IMG/VR virus record: IMGVR_UViG_3300039452_000187 | Coordinates: 33,555-97,554 of that record | Source of the DNA: a virus | Lineage: Duplodnaviria > Caudoviricetes | Length of the DNA: 64,000 bases | Reading direction: 5' to 3' (one strand) | In this document: piece after piece, positions 18,652-28,800 of the stretch | Layout: each line of letters begins with the position of its first letter | Numbering within the stretch: the stretch's first letter is position 1 | Program-made: the position numbers and the translations under genes | Notes under the pieces: generated by a model | Databases searched by the model: none | Seen by the model: the letters and a program-made list of their open reading frames with translations, nothing else | What the model was told of the DNA's origin: nothing

Positions 18652-20202
18652 CTACGATGCCGCCGTGGAGAATTTTTTCACGATCTCCGGCCACTGCTCG
18701 TCAGGATGGTCCTGAGCATATTGCAGGGCCTTCTGTTGCTGCTCGCGGCCGAATTGGGTGGGCTGCTCGCGGCCGGCTCGCTTTTCCGGCCGCTGCCGCT
18801 GCATCTGCAGCACTTCGGCGTCCGGGCGCGGGTTGCCGCCAACCATGCCGGCCAGGTCGGCGCCCACGGGTGCCCGGCTGTAGCACTGGCGGATTTCCTG
18901 CTCGCGCTCGCCGCGCTGCTCGTCGCTCATGCGGGCCATGCGCTCGACTTCCTTGCCGATATCCGGGATCCTGTACCCTTCCGCTTCGAGGGCATAACAG
19001 ACCCGCTCGGAGCGCTCGCGGTCGCGCTCGTACTTCAGCTGCACGTTCTCCTGCTGCGCCGCCGCCAGGCCCTGCTCCAGGCTCTGCAGGCGGGTTTCCA
19101 CGGTGCGCTCCTCGCGCACCTGGCGAATCTGTTGCTGCGTGCGCTGCATCCGCGCCGGCTCCTCTTTACGACCGCCCCCCAGACCGGGAACGAAGGTGTT
19201 GCCACCCGCAGCCGCACCGGCACCCGCTTGATACGGGGCACCGGAAGCCGGGGGCGTGCTCGGGGCGGCTGGAGGCGGTGTGCCGGCCCCTTCAGCGGGC
19301 GGCTCGGCGGCCTGCTCGGCGGAATATTTGGCGTGGCAGTCGTGGAGGTACTTGAGCGGGCCGTAGCTCTTGCTGGCGTGCTTCATCGAGTGCATGAAGC
19401 GGGCGTGGAACTCCGGGTCCGGTTCCGGCTCCGCTTCGGCTCCGGGCTGCTGACCAGCGGCCGGCTCCATCGGCTGTTCGTCCTGCTCGTAGCGACTCGG
19501 CTGCTGCCGGGAAGTGTGAGGCTGGTTGGCGTTGGCTTGGGTCATGGTGTCCTCATTTCCGAGGGTGAAATCATCAATCGAGTACCGCAGCCGGTCCTTG
19601 GCGCGGCTGTAGGTCGCTGGCAAGGCTGCTCCGTCGCCGCCATAGAGCCGAACCGTGCCGGGCGGCAGGTAGGCCGGGGGCGTGGCGGGATCTGTGAAAT
19701 CGTCGGTGAGCACTCCCAAATCGCGCTGCGGGGTCCGCCGCAGCAAGGCAATGGGGTCCAGGATCTTGTCGCGGAAATACAGCTCGACACTCCGGCGCGG
19801 AAAACTCATCGCGACCTTATACCGGTCGGGATAGAAGTAGAAATCCGCTAGGATTCCAAGCTTCTGCGCCGCCCCGAATCGCCCCACGTGGAAATTCCGT
19901 GCGTACCCGAGAATCTCCGGCTGCTGGTCCTCTGGTGCCCCCTGGATCGTGTGCCCCTTGGTCAGCGGGCAGACGTCGCCCGTGTCCCGCTCCCGCCGGT
20001 TGCAACTGTCGGCAATCTCTTGCAACTCTTGCGGCCCGAACCGTCGCTGCAGCCGCCCATCCTTGCCGTACTCGTCGTGCTCGTCGAACACCGGCACCGA
20101 CCGGCGAATCTTCCAGCGCGACGGCTGGTTGAGCTGGTCGATCAGGCTTTGGGTCGGGTCGGCTGATGCTACTGCCGCCGCCGCCGCCGGGGCCGTACTC
20201 AT
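18652..20202 (-). CDS. Prohead protease/scaffold (Mu gpI-like)
   Basis: GHT, FPRRSVEL and DPIALL...PQRDLG motifs; coiled-coil C-terminal half; upstream of capsid genes. Confidence 0.75.
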   Translation of the reverse strand: MSTAPAAAAAVASADPTQSLIDQLNQPSRWKIRRSVPVFDEHDEYGKDGRLQRRFGPQELQEIADSCNRRERDTGDVCPLTKGHTIQGAPEDQQPEILGYARNFHVGRFGAAQKLGILADFYFYPDRYKVAMSFPRRSVELYFRDKILDPIALLRRTPQRDLGVLTDDFTDPATPPAYLPPGTVRLYGGDGAALPATYSRAKDRLRYSIDDFTLGNEDTMTQANANQPHTSRQQPSRYEQDEQPMEPAAGQQPGAEAEPEPDPEFHARFMHSMKHASKSYGPLKYLHDCHAKYSAEQAAEPPAEGAGTPPPAAPSTPPASGAPYQAGAGAAAGGNTFVPGLGGGRKEEPARMQRTQQQIRQVREERTVETRLQSLEQGLAAAQQENVQLKYERDRERSERVCYALEAEGYRIPDIGKEVERMARMSDEQRGEREQEIRQCYSRAPVGADLAGMVGGNPRPDAEVLQMQRQRPEKRAGREQPTQFGREQQQKALQYAQDHPDEQWPEIVKKFSTAAS

Positions 20203-20246
20203 GGGGTCGAATGTGACACAGGGGGAAACAGAGATGCAAAAATCGG
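20203..20246 (-). promoter_or_regulatory. Putative leaderless promoter for the head operon
   Basis: TGTGT-CACATT-CGACCCC-ATG; no SD sequence. Confidence 0.4.
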
Positions 20247-20377
20247 CGTGTCAAGAACAAACCCGACGCCGGCAACAAGAATCCGCGCCGGGAACAGTGG
20301 GTCGCATTGACCGCACCAGCGGCGGCGTGGTCCAATCCAGGCAGACCAAAGAGAAAGGAACCAAAGGAGATCGTCGT

Positions 20378-21145
20378 ATGTCAACCGAAACTGAGGCCGC
20401 CGGCTTGCTGCCCGTCCCGTCCCTATGCGGCGTCTCGCCCACCTACGCCAGCGATGATTTCCGGGATGATGGCTGGGTCTACCGGCCCGACGGTTCCCGG
20501 CGCTGCAAATGGTTCGGCTGGCTGCCGCACACACGCCACCCCGAGCGCGGCCGCGTCCGGTTCTGGGAAGCGAAGTTGCAGTTGGAGTATTTGCCGGTGC
20601 TGGAAGCGAAGCGGTGGAAGTGGGAGCAGCGGCGCCGCAAGTACCTGGCAACCTCGTGGACCAGGGACGGTTTCGAGGAACGGTTGAAGGCGATGCTGCC
20701 GTGCGGCGGCTGGAGGGATAATGGCCGGAAGGCCCAAGGATGGGTGCTCCTGGAGTTGGCCAGAGGGAGCCAGGGGCAGGAGTGGATTAGCTGGAGCTGG
20801 CAGCCGGACCGGTTCAAGGACAAGCCGGAGCGAATCGAACAGGACATGGTGGACGAGTTTTTCCGGCGTTACCGCGCGGATATGTGGTGCAACTGGCGGG
20901 CAGCCCTGTTCCAGGCCGCCTTTTGCTACGCGATCGATACTAATTACGCAGGGCGAGAGCAGTTCCAGGGCAAGCGGGCAACGGCGACGCTGCACCTGGT
21001 CCTCAATGGCCGGGACTACTGGTTTAGGCGGGCCGAAACGCCGTCCCCGTGGTTCTTCGAGGCGCTGAGCTTGCCGGAAGATACCGTGACCGAGCGGTTC
21101 ACCGTGGAACTGCCGCCGGCGTCGGGCTGGGGCATCAGGGATTAG
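20378..21145 (+). CDS. Trp-rich hypothetical protein (accessory, opposite strand)
   Basis: AAGGAG RBS before MSTETE; 255 aa. Confidence 0.6.
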   Translation: MSTETEAAGLLPVPSLCGVSPTYASDDFRDDGWVYRPDGSRRCKWFGWLPHTRHPERGRVRFWEAKLQLEYLPVLEAKRWKWEQRRRKYLATSWTRDGFEERLKAMLPCGGWRDNGRKAQGWVLLELARGSQGQEWISWSWQPDRFKDKPERIEQDMVDEFFRRYRADMWCNWRAALFQAAFCYAIDTNYAGREQFQGKRATATLHLVLNGRDYWFRRAETPSPWFFEALSLPEDTVTERFTVELPPASGWGIRD

Positions 21146-21419
21146 CCAGCAGTAAGAGCAAGGTGGGCAGCGCTGCCGGTTCGACCAGGCGGCGAACGGT
21201 GAGCCAGGCCGTCCCGTCCATCCTGGTTGCGCTCCGGCGAACCCCGGCGGCTCAGTAAGGGTCCACGGTGCCGAGGTTGTGGCGCTGCTACTGCGAACGC
21301 CAGGGTCAGGGCTTTACATTCGGGGCGCCAGACGGATTGGATACCGCGACAGAAGCCGACCGAACTTCATCGCCCTGGAGCCCGGCTCGGATACGATCGG
21401 CGTGCGAGGCCGAACAGGC

Positions 21420-21803
21420 TCAATGGGAAACCACCTGGGTCTCGCCGGGTCGATAACTCCCGACGCCACCGGTATCCGTTGGTTCCTTGGTGTACTGATT
21501 GCGGCCGGCATGCCCGGCCGCGTTGCGATTCCCCGGCGGGGCACCGACGCGGCGCCGCGTGGTGGCTGCCCGCCGCAACCAGAAGAACTCCGTGACCCAG
21601 ACCCGGCGGCCGCGCTCGGAAATCCGCCGGTAGCCGAGGTCGTGGGCCAACCGCTCTAGCTCCCTGGTCGCGTTGCGCTGGGCGTCACCCTCCACCAGTT
21701 CCCCGAGATAGACGCACTGGCGGAAATCCTGGGGTGCCGTGCGAAAGAGGAAGGCATAGCGGCAGCGGAGGATGTAGAGCAGGCGGCTGTGGTGCTCGAA
21801 CAT
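21420..21803 (-). CDS. Hypothetical protein downstream of HTH gene
   Basis: AAGGA RBS; 127 aa. Confidence 0.45.
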   Translation of the reverse strand: MFEHHSRLLYILRCRYAFLFRTAPQDFRQCVYLGELVEGDAQRNATRELERLAHDLGYRRISERGRRVWVTEFFWLRRAATTRRRVGAPPGNRNAAGHAGRNQYTKEPTDTGGVGSYRPGETQVVSH

Positions 21804-21833
21804 GACGGCTGATCCTTCAGGGTTCCTGTCTGT

Positions 21834-22058
21834 CTATTCGTTCGGACTGCGAAAATCTTCGGTCGAAATGTCCAGGGTGTCCGCCAAGCGGCAGACCGTC
21901 TCCCAGAGCGGCTTGCCTTCGCCACGTTCCAGGGTGCTGAGGGTCTGCTTGGAAACGCCGGAGCGGCGGGCCAGCTCGTAGGCGGACAGACCCGCCTGGG
22001 TGCGCAGGGCACGGAGGCGGGCGGCGAAGGAAGCGGGGGCGGGTTTTTTCTTGGCCAT
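21834..22058 (-). CDS. XRE-family HTH regulator (Aca-like position)
   Basis: RLRALRTQAGLSAYELARRSGVSKQTLSTLERGEGKP. Confidence 0.9.
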   Translation of the reverse strand: MAKKKPAPASFAARLRALRTQAGLSAYELARRSGVSKQTLSTLERGEGKPLWETVCRLADTLDISTEDFRSPNE

Positions 22059-22087
22059 AACTCGTCACCTATCCAGTTGGCCGAACA

Positions 22088-22825
22088 TCACGATACGCGA
22101 ACACGTTCCGCCATGCTCCATCGTCCGTAGTAGTCGTTGCGATCCTCAATCCGAAACGTCCAGCGCGAGCCATCGGCATCATAGCCCAGCGCACCGTCGG
22201 GATAAACGGTAATCGCCAGCGTCTCCAGTCCCAGAATTGCGAGCAATTCCATGCCGACCAGCGTGAGACGCTGCATTCCCGCCGCGTCAATCGAAAAGCC
22301 ATCCTCTAAGGCTGTTGTGGCGCACGGCTTGTAGAGGCCACTAGAGCCGCTGATCGGCGATTCACAGGCCAGCACGTCCTCGACCTTCTTGGGCAGCGCT
22401 TTCTGTCGCTGCTTGACCAGCTTGGCGAGGGTCTGCTGACCAGCCCACACCTTGAGCGCTGGCACGCGGTCGGCCCACATGATCCGCACGCCACCGATTT
22501 CGCACCCGTGACGATTGGGAATGGCCGTCACTTCGGCCTCGCGTAACCAGTCTGCCACCCGCTGATGGTCTACTCGCCGCGCGGCCAGAAACTTTTCCCG
22601 GTCGTCCTCGTCGCCACCATCCTCCGACCAGTCATGGTCAGGCTCACTGCGGCCAATCCGGTCAAGGAGCCAGAGAAAACCGACCTGAGCAAAATACTGC
22701 GCTGGCTCGTGCCGGTCGCCCAATTCCATGTCGGGAATGCCGGCCTCGCGGTTCCGCTCGCGATCCCTGGTGCGAAAGCGGGCCACTCGCTCCAGCCGGG
22801 CGGCTTCATCGTGCATGCTGCTCAT
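22088..22825 (-). CDS. csb3: Stand-alone type I-G (I-U) Cas8/Csb3 (GSU0052-family)-like protein
   Basis: Motifs in family order: EPAQYFAQVGFL, DWS, WLREAEV, WAD..LKVWAGQQ, PISG, TALEDGFS, ELLAILGLE, WTFRIEDR. Confidence 0.7.
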   Translation of the reverse strand: MSSMHDEAARLERVARFRTRDRERNREAGIPDMELGDRHEPAQYFAQVGFLWLLDRIGRSEPDHDWSEDGGDEDDREKFLAARRVDHQRVADWLREAEVTAIPNRHGCEIGGVRIMWADRVPALKVWAGQQTLAKLVKQRQKALPKKVEDVLACESPISGSSGLYKPCATTALEDGFSIDAAGMQRLTLVGMELLAILGLETLAITVYPDGALGYDADGSRWTFRIEDRNDYYGRWSMAERVRVS

Positions 22826-22830
22826 AGGTC

Positions 22831-25800
22831 TTACTCCTTGACTGAGAGGTTGTGCTGTTCGCGGTAGGCCGCTTCGGGATCCTGGCGGTATTTTTCCAGC
22901 CAGCGCTTGGCCTCATCGCGCTGCTCATTAGTCATGTAGCCGGACACGTTGTAGTCATCATAAGGCTTCGCCTGCGCTTCGAGCGCCTTGATAGCCGCCG
23001 GGATCTTGGAGGTAATGACTTCCTCCGGCGTTGCCGGTCGGACCAGCACATGCTGCATGCGTCCTAGCCCACCAATCTCCGGGTCGCGCAACTCAAAGAC
23101 GTCGCTGCCGGCCAGGACGGTGTAATCCTTGCCGCGTACCTGGATGACCGCCCCCTTTTTCTTGGGCGGAAAGCCACCGGTTCCGCCCACCCCCAGATCC
23201 TGCTGCGCCTTGATGCGCCAGACTAGGGCATCGGCCGGAGGATTTTTCGGCAGGTCGCGCTTGGTCATGCCGAAATCCTTGGGCTTGTCGTAGAGCTTGC
23301 CAACCTTGCCCCGCGCCGCGTCGTAGACCTTTCGCGTGAACGCCGGCTTCAGCGCCTTCTCCATCACGTCGGAGAGGACGTAGGACAAACCTCGATTCGG
23401 ATCATCGGCTTTGATGCCCAGATCGCTGGCCAATCGCTCCAGTCGTGGCCGGCTCAGGCTGTAAATGCTATCTCGCCACTCTTTTTGGACGCGCTCAGGG
23501 TCATTTGTCGTGGCCGCCTGCGCCAGCAGATCCTTGGCGCGAGCAGCCCGTTCGGCGCGTCCGTGTTCGGCGGTCGCGGCCTCGTAGCGATCCTGCGCCG
23601 CCTTGAAAATATGCGTGTTGGGGTAAGTTCGATCCCGCTTCGCCGGATCGGCGCCCACGATTCGCTCTGCTTCCTCGCGCTCTTCGGCCGACAGATCGTT
23701 GAGCGTCGGCGCCATGTCAATCCAGCCCTGCACCGCCGCCGGATTGGCCACAAAGCGGCGCAAGAAGTCGAGCGCCGGTTCCCCTGGCTGCCGCTTCAGT
23801 GGGCCACCCTGTTGCGTTGCAGTCGGAGTAACTGCCGATACGGCTGGCTGGGACACGTCTGGCTGCTTGACCGACTCGGGCTTCGGTGCCGCTGCAGCCG
23901 GTGGCGCCAGGGCCGCCTTGGCATCCTCATAGCCTCGCCGCCAGCGATTGACTTTGCCGCCACTCCAGCCCCGCTCCTTCCATGATTCCTCCGTCTTGCC
24001 CGCCAGGGCATCGACGAATCCAGCTCGGAACTCGTCGGCCGGAGGCGTGCCCGCCTGAAGATTCCGTTTCGCCAGAGCTTCCGCCAACGCGACCTCGTGC
24101 CCCGCTGCCACCGTGTCAGATTGTGCCCCTGTCATTGCTGCCGTGCCGACCATCGCATTCCCCTCCGCAGGCTTCCCCGGTGTCGCGCCCGTCGCGTCAC
24201 CTGCAGAGATCATAGTCTGTTGGACCGGACTAGTCAAGTCTTCCTGACTAGAATTCGCGGAAGTTTTTTCGGGCGGGCTTGGGACCGGTGCCGGTTCGGT
24301 TTCCGGCGGCTCACTGGCCGATTGCTGGGCCGTTGCCGGTTGGTTCTCCTTCAAGCGGTACAGCGGCCCGCCGTATCGCCGTGCCACCTTCTCGACATGC
24401 CCGCTCCGTTCCAACTCTTCCAGGTGCCGTTGCAGCTCGGCGCTTGGCTTACCTGTCGCATCGGCCAGTTCATCGACCGACGCAATGCCGTGCTCGGAGA
24501 GGACCGCCAAGGTTGAGTGGTCGGCGCCGGAAATATTGGAGGGTTGTTCCACTGCCGGTGCCGGCGCCGGTGCCTGTGACTGTTTCCCTTTCAGTGCCTG
24601 TTCCACCACATCGGCGCCATTGCGGTAGTAGCCCGCCAACTCCTTATGCCCGGCCTTTTCCAGGGCGGGAATGAGCGTCTCGCGAATGCGCTGGACCACA
24701 TTCGCCAGCCCCTTCTCGCCTTGCCGCCGGTAGCCCGGATCGGCCGAGGTCATAAAGCGGTTCCAATTGGACGCTGCCGATCTCAGCCATTCGTTCGTAT
24801 GAAGTCCGAGCTGGGCATGAAGTTTGTCCAGGTGGCGTGTGTCCGCGTTGGCCAGTGCTTCCAACTTCTGGCCGATGTCGCGCGTAGGGTCGATCAAGAT
24901 AGCCCGATCGCGTGCGGAAAGGACATCAGTTTCGGCCGCAGCCTTCATCGGATCAGCGGTAGCCAGTGCGGACTGCGCGGTCTGCGGCTGGTTGGCCTGG
25001 TTGGCCTGGTTGCTCGGTGCTTGTTTCGACGACCGCTCAGCATCCGTCAACATCGCCGCAATCTCGTGCAGGCCGTTGACGCCAGCTTTTTCCATCGCGG
25101 ATTGCAGCAGCTGCCGCGCCAAGAAGCTACTCGGCAGCGCTGCAAGATGTTTCCTGGCGCCAAACGTCATCACGTCTTGTTCGGCCATATGCCTTGGGAT
25201 ACCTTTCTCCCAGGCAATGCCATCCTCTGGAACTTCCTTGCCGTTGGCGCGTTCCTCGGCCACTTCACGCTCGATCCGATCGAGATACCTCTTCTCCAAC
25301 TGCTGGGCCAAGTTTTTTAATCTGCCTTCACCGATCGCTTCGGCAAACTCCTTCCACTCTTTCATGTTGATCGTGCTCCGCTGCATCGCCTTGTAATTGG
25401 GATGCTCGCCAAACCACTTGAGTCGCCCCAGGGGACTGGCATTGATGTCATTCCACTTGACCTGCTGCTCCTGCCGCTCTTTCTCGTCCTGGATTTGTTC
25501 TGGCGTCATTGGCTCGCGCGGCTGCTTTTGCTTGGCATTTTCGCTGGGCGGCTTGCCCATCTCGCCGCCTTGCGGTTCTTTAGTCTGGGGCTTCTGGTCA
25601 GGTTTCACCGAGAGTCCGTGAATCGGCATCCACCGGCCGCCCTTGTAGAACTCACCGTTAACCGGGGACGTTTCGCCGCCAGCTTTCGCCTTCACCCAGG
25701 TTGTCCCTTTACTGTCCTTGAACTTGTTTGCATCGGCTGGAGGTTTTTCGGCTGGTTGCTCCGCGCCATCGGCGCCGCTTGTCTTCTCCGTTGCCGCGTC

Positions 25801-28800
25801 AATCTGCCCCGTGATGCCGTGCTCCTTGGCCCACTCCAGCATGTGCTTGTACGCCTTGAGTCGTTTGCCGAACTGCTCCCGCAACCCTTCCGCGTTGGGG
25901 TGCTCGGGCGGAATCCCGTCCAGGAACTTCTGATGCTCCTGGATCAGTTCTTCCAGCCGATGTACCGTGAGTTCGCCGTGGTGCGAGCGGAGCCCGGCGA
26001 AGCTGGCCTTAGCCCGGCGCAATTCCAGTTCTGACAACTCATGGCGGGTGTGTGGCTCGAGCTGCTCGTGCAACTTGGCGACGTCGATACTACCACGCGA
26101 CCGGCGCCGCTCGGTCTGCTCCTCCTTGGCCTTGTCAATCTTGGCCTTTTCGCTGGCCGGCAACTTTTCGACTTCCTTGGCCGGAATCCACTGCCCGCCT
26201 TTGTAGTGCCTGCCGTTGGCGCCAACGATGCCACCCTTCGGGGCGCGCTCCGCAGCGTATTGGTCCGCCTCCTCGCCCTGCTTAATGTCCCACTTCTTCC
26301 GTTCTTCATCCCAGGCCACGTACCAGCCCGTCCCTTCCAATTCCTCTGCCGCCGCCGCAAACTCGCTCTCGGGAATCTCCAGCCCGGCGTCGTCCAGGGC
26401 GTTCCAGCCGTCGGCATACCAGCGGGCCAGCTCCCGAGCTTGCACCGAAGAATCTGGGTCCGCTGCTTCCCGGTCATAGCGCTCCTGCGCGGGCGGCCCC
26501 ACCGCGATGCCGAAGTGGACGAACTTGCGGCCCTGGTCGTCCTGGTCGTGCCAGATTTGCTCGAAGCGCTCCACGGGGATCATGACCCGGCCGGGCGTGC
26601 GCTCCACATCTCGATCGTTGGTCACGTTGTCAATCGAACTGTCCTGGCAGAATACCTGCCCGAGCCCTACGCCAATGACCGTGAGATAGTGCCCGTAGTT
26701 AAACGAAGCCCCGGCGCTCCTTCTGTGCCCGTAATCTTGCACCGGGGTAATGACCGGCCAGCCGCGCCCGAAGTAGTCGGCCAAATCGTCCACGGCCATT
26801 CCATTCCGGGCTTCCACCTGCAAACCGAGCGAGCGCAGGTAATCAATGATGGCGTAGGGGTGCGTAGATTTGGCCAGCGTCGTGCCGAGCGCCTGCTTCC
26901 ACTCCGCCAGGCGCTCGGGGCCGACGCCGAAATACCGCCCCGTGGTCATCGAGGCACAGGCGCCGCAGCTGTAGTGATCGCGCTGGCGTATGTCCTGGAC
27001 CGGCAGCAGTTCACTGCCAGGCGCGGCCGCAGTGAGAGCGTCGGTACGGTCATAGCGGGCGGGCTGGTCGGCGCGGGCCAGGTCGATCTTCGGGTTGCTG
27101 GGATCAAAGGTGCCCGCGTTGTCCACAGCCTTGATTTGGTGAGGCTCGAAGGCAATCCAGACCCGGTGCTGCTGAACCCCTTCGATTTTTTTGCCGCGGC
27201 GAGACCCATAATGACCCACATGGGTAATCCCGTCATACCCTTGTGCGGCTAAATGCTTCTGGAGTCCCGACTTACTCAAGCCTCCTTGACGGACAACCTC
27301 TTCATAACTCGCGTGGGGTCGCTGAACCTCGTGGACATCGGGCTGAAAACTGATGTTGTAAGGCCGCAGGGCCTTGCGAAATTCCGGGTGGGATTGATAG
27401 AGGCCCCAGAGCCGTTGCGGTTCGGCCGTCATCATTTGCTTCATTTGTTGCCAGGTGAAATTCATCGACACGTTCGGTAACGATTCAAGCGCCGCGTGCA
27501 TCTGTTGCCAGTGCTGATCGGTCGGCGTGACTGCCTCATCACTGACCAGCAGAATGGGCCGTGTCTGTTTGATGCGAAACCGACTGCGCGCCGGCTCGGG
27601 AAGGTCTGCTGTAGCAATCTTGCCACGGTCAATGTCAAACGGCTTGCGGATGTTGAGGTACACGCTAAAAACGTGTCCCTTGGGCCGTTCCACCCAGCCG
27701 GCAAACTGGTTGCCGAACTCTGCATTGAGAATGTGCTCACCCTTGGCAACGGCGACACCGACGTTGCTCTCTGTTGAGTCAAGAATCATCGCTTCCAGCT
27801 GATGCAACTGGTATTGGCGAGACTCCAAATCTTCAGCCTGCCGCTGGAGCGATCGTTGAGCGACACGGTCCTGAGTCAACCTCAATTCCTTCACTGTGTA
27901 CTGCAGATCGGCCGCCACCTTCGCGGCTTTTTGCTTGAGCGCCGGCAGTAACTCGCGGCGCACTCGTTCCACCGGCACGGCGAGTTTACCGCCAGCCCTG
28001 TCGACCAGGCCACTCCCGTGCTGCTTGTAGTCCTCCGCGATCGCCGCCGCGTCCGTAAAATAGAACCCTGGTCCATAGAACAGCTTTTCGCCCTTGGCGA
28101 GTTTGCTTTTCAAGAACTCGTCAAAGCGGTCCCAAGGGGTGCCGTGGTACACCACCTTGGGCATCAGGTTCTCAACGACGACCGAATGTTCCACCGGTGC
28201 CTGCTGCTGCGGCTCACCCGTTTCCGGGTCGATGACTTTGGACGCATGGGCCGCATCGTGCTCCCAATCGCCGAACCAGGCACGAAACGCGGGAGCGCGG
28301 GTGCCAAGCTCCTGATACTCCTTGCGCAGCCGGGCTGCTTTCGCTTCCGGCGTCTCTGGCGCCGCTGCGGCCGGAGCTTGCTTGCCTTGTGCATCCTGAC
28401 CTGGTTCCGGGCGCGGCCCCGGATCGTCCTCATGCTCGCCCTCGTGCTCGTGCCCGCCCGGCATTTCGTCCCGGTACAACACTCTCCCCGTGCGGTTGCT
28501 CTTCCAGCCCTTACCGCCGCGCGGTCCCGTGTACGGCGTCCACTCCCCGCCCGCGCTGCCGCCGCCCTGCGGGTCCAGGAAATTGGTTTGCCCGGCCGCG
28601 TCCTTTTTCTTCCGCGCGTACTGGTCCGCCTCTGGCTGGTAGGTGCCGTCCCACTCCAGCACCAACTCCCGCAGCTGCTCGGGATCCTTCACCGGCTCGG
28701 CCTCGCTCAGACTGAACGGGCCGCCGCCGCGATGGTAGTACAGGTCATGCCCGGGACTATCATTCCGGTCGTCCACCACCACGACATGCTCCGCGATCTC

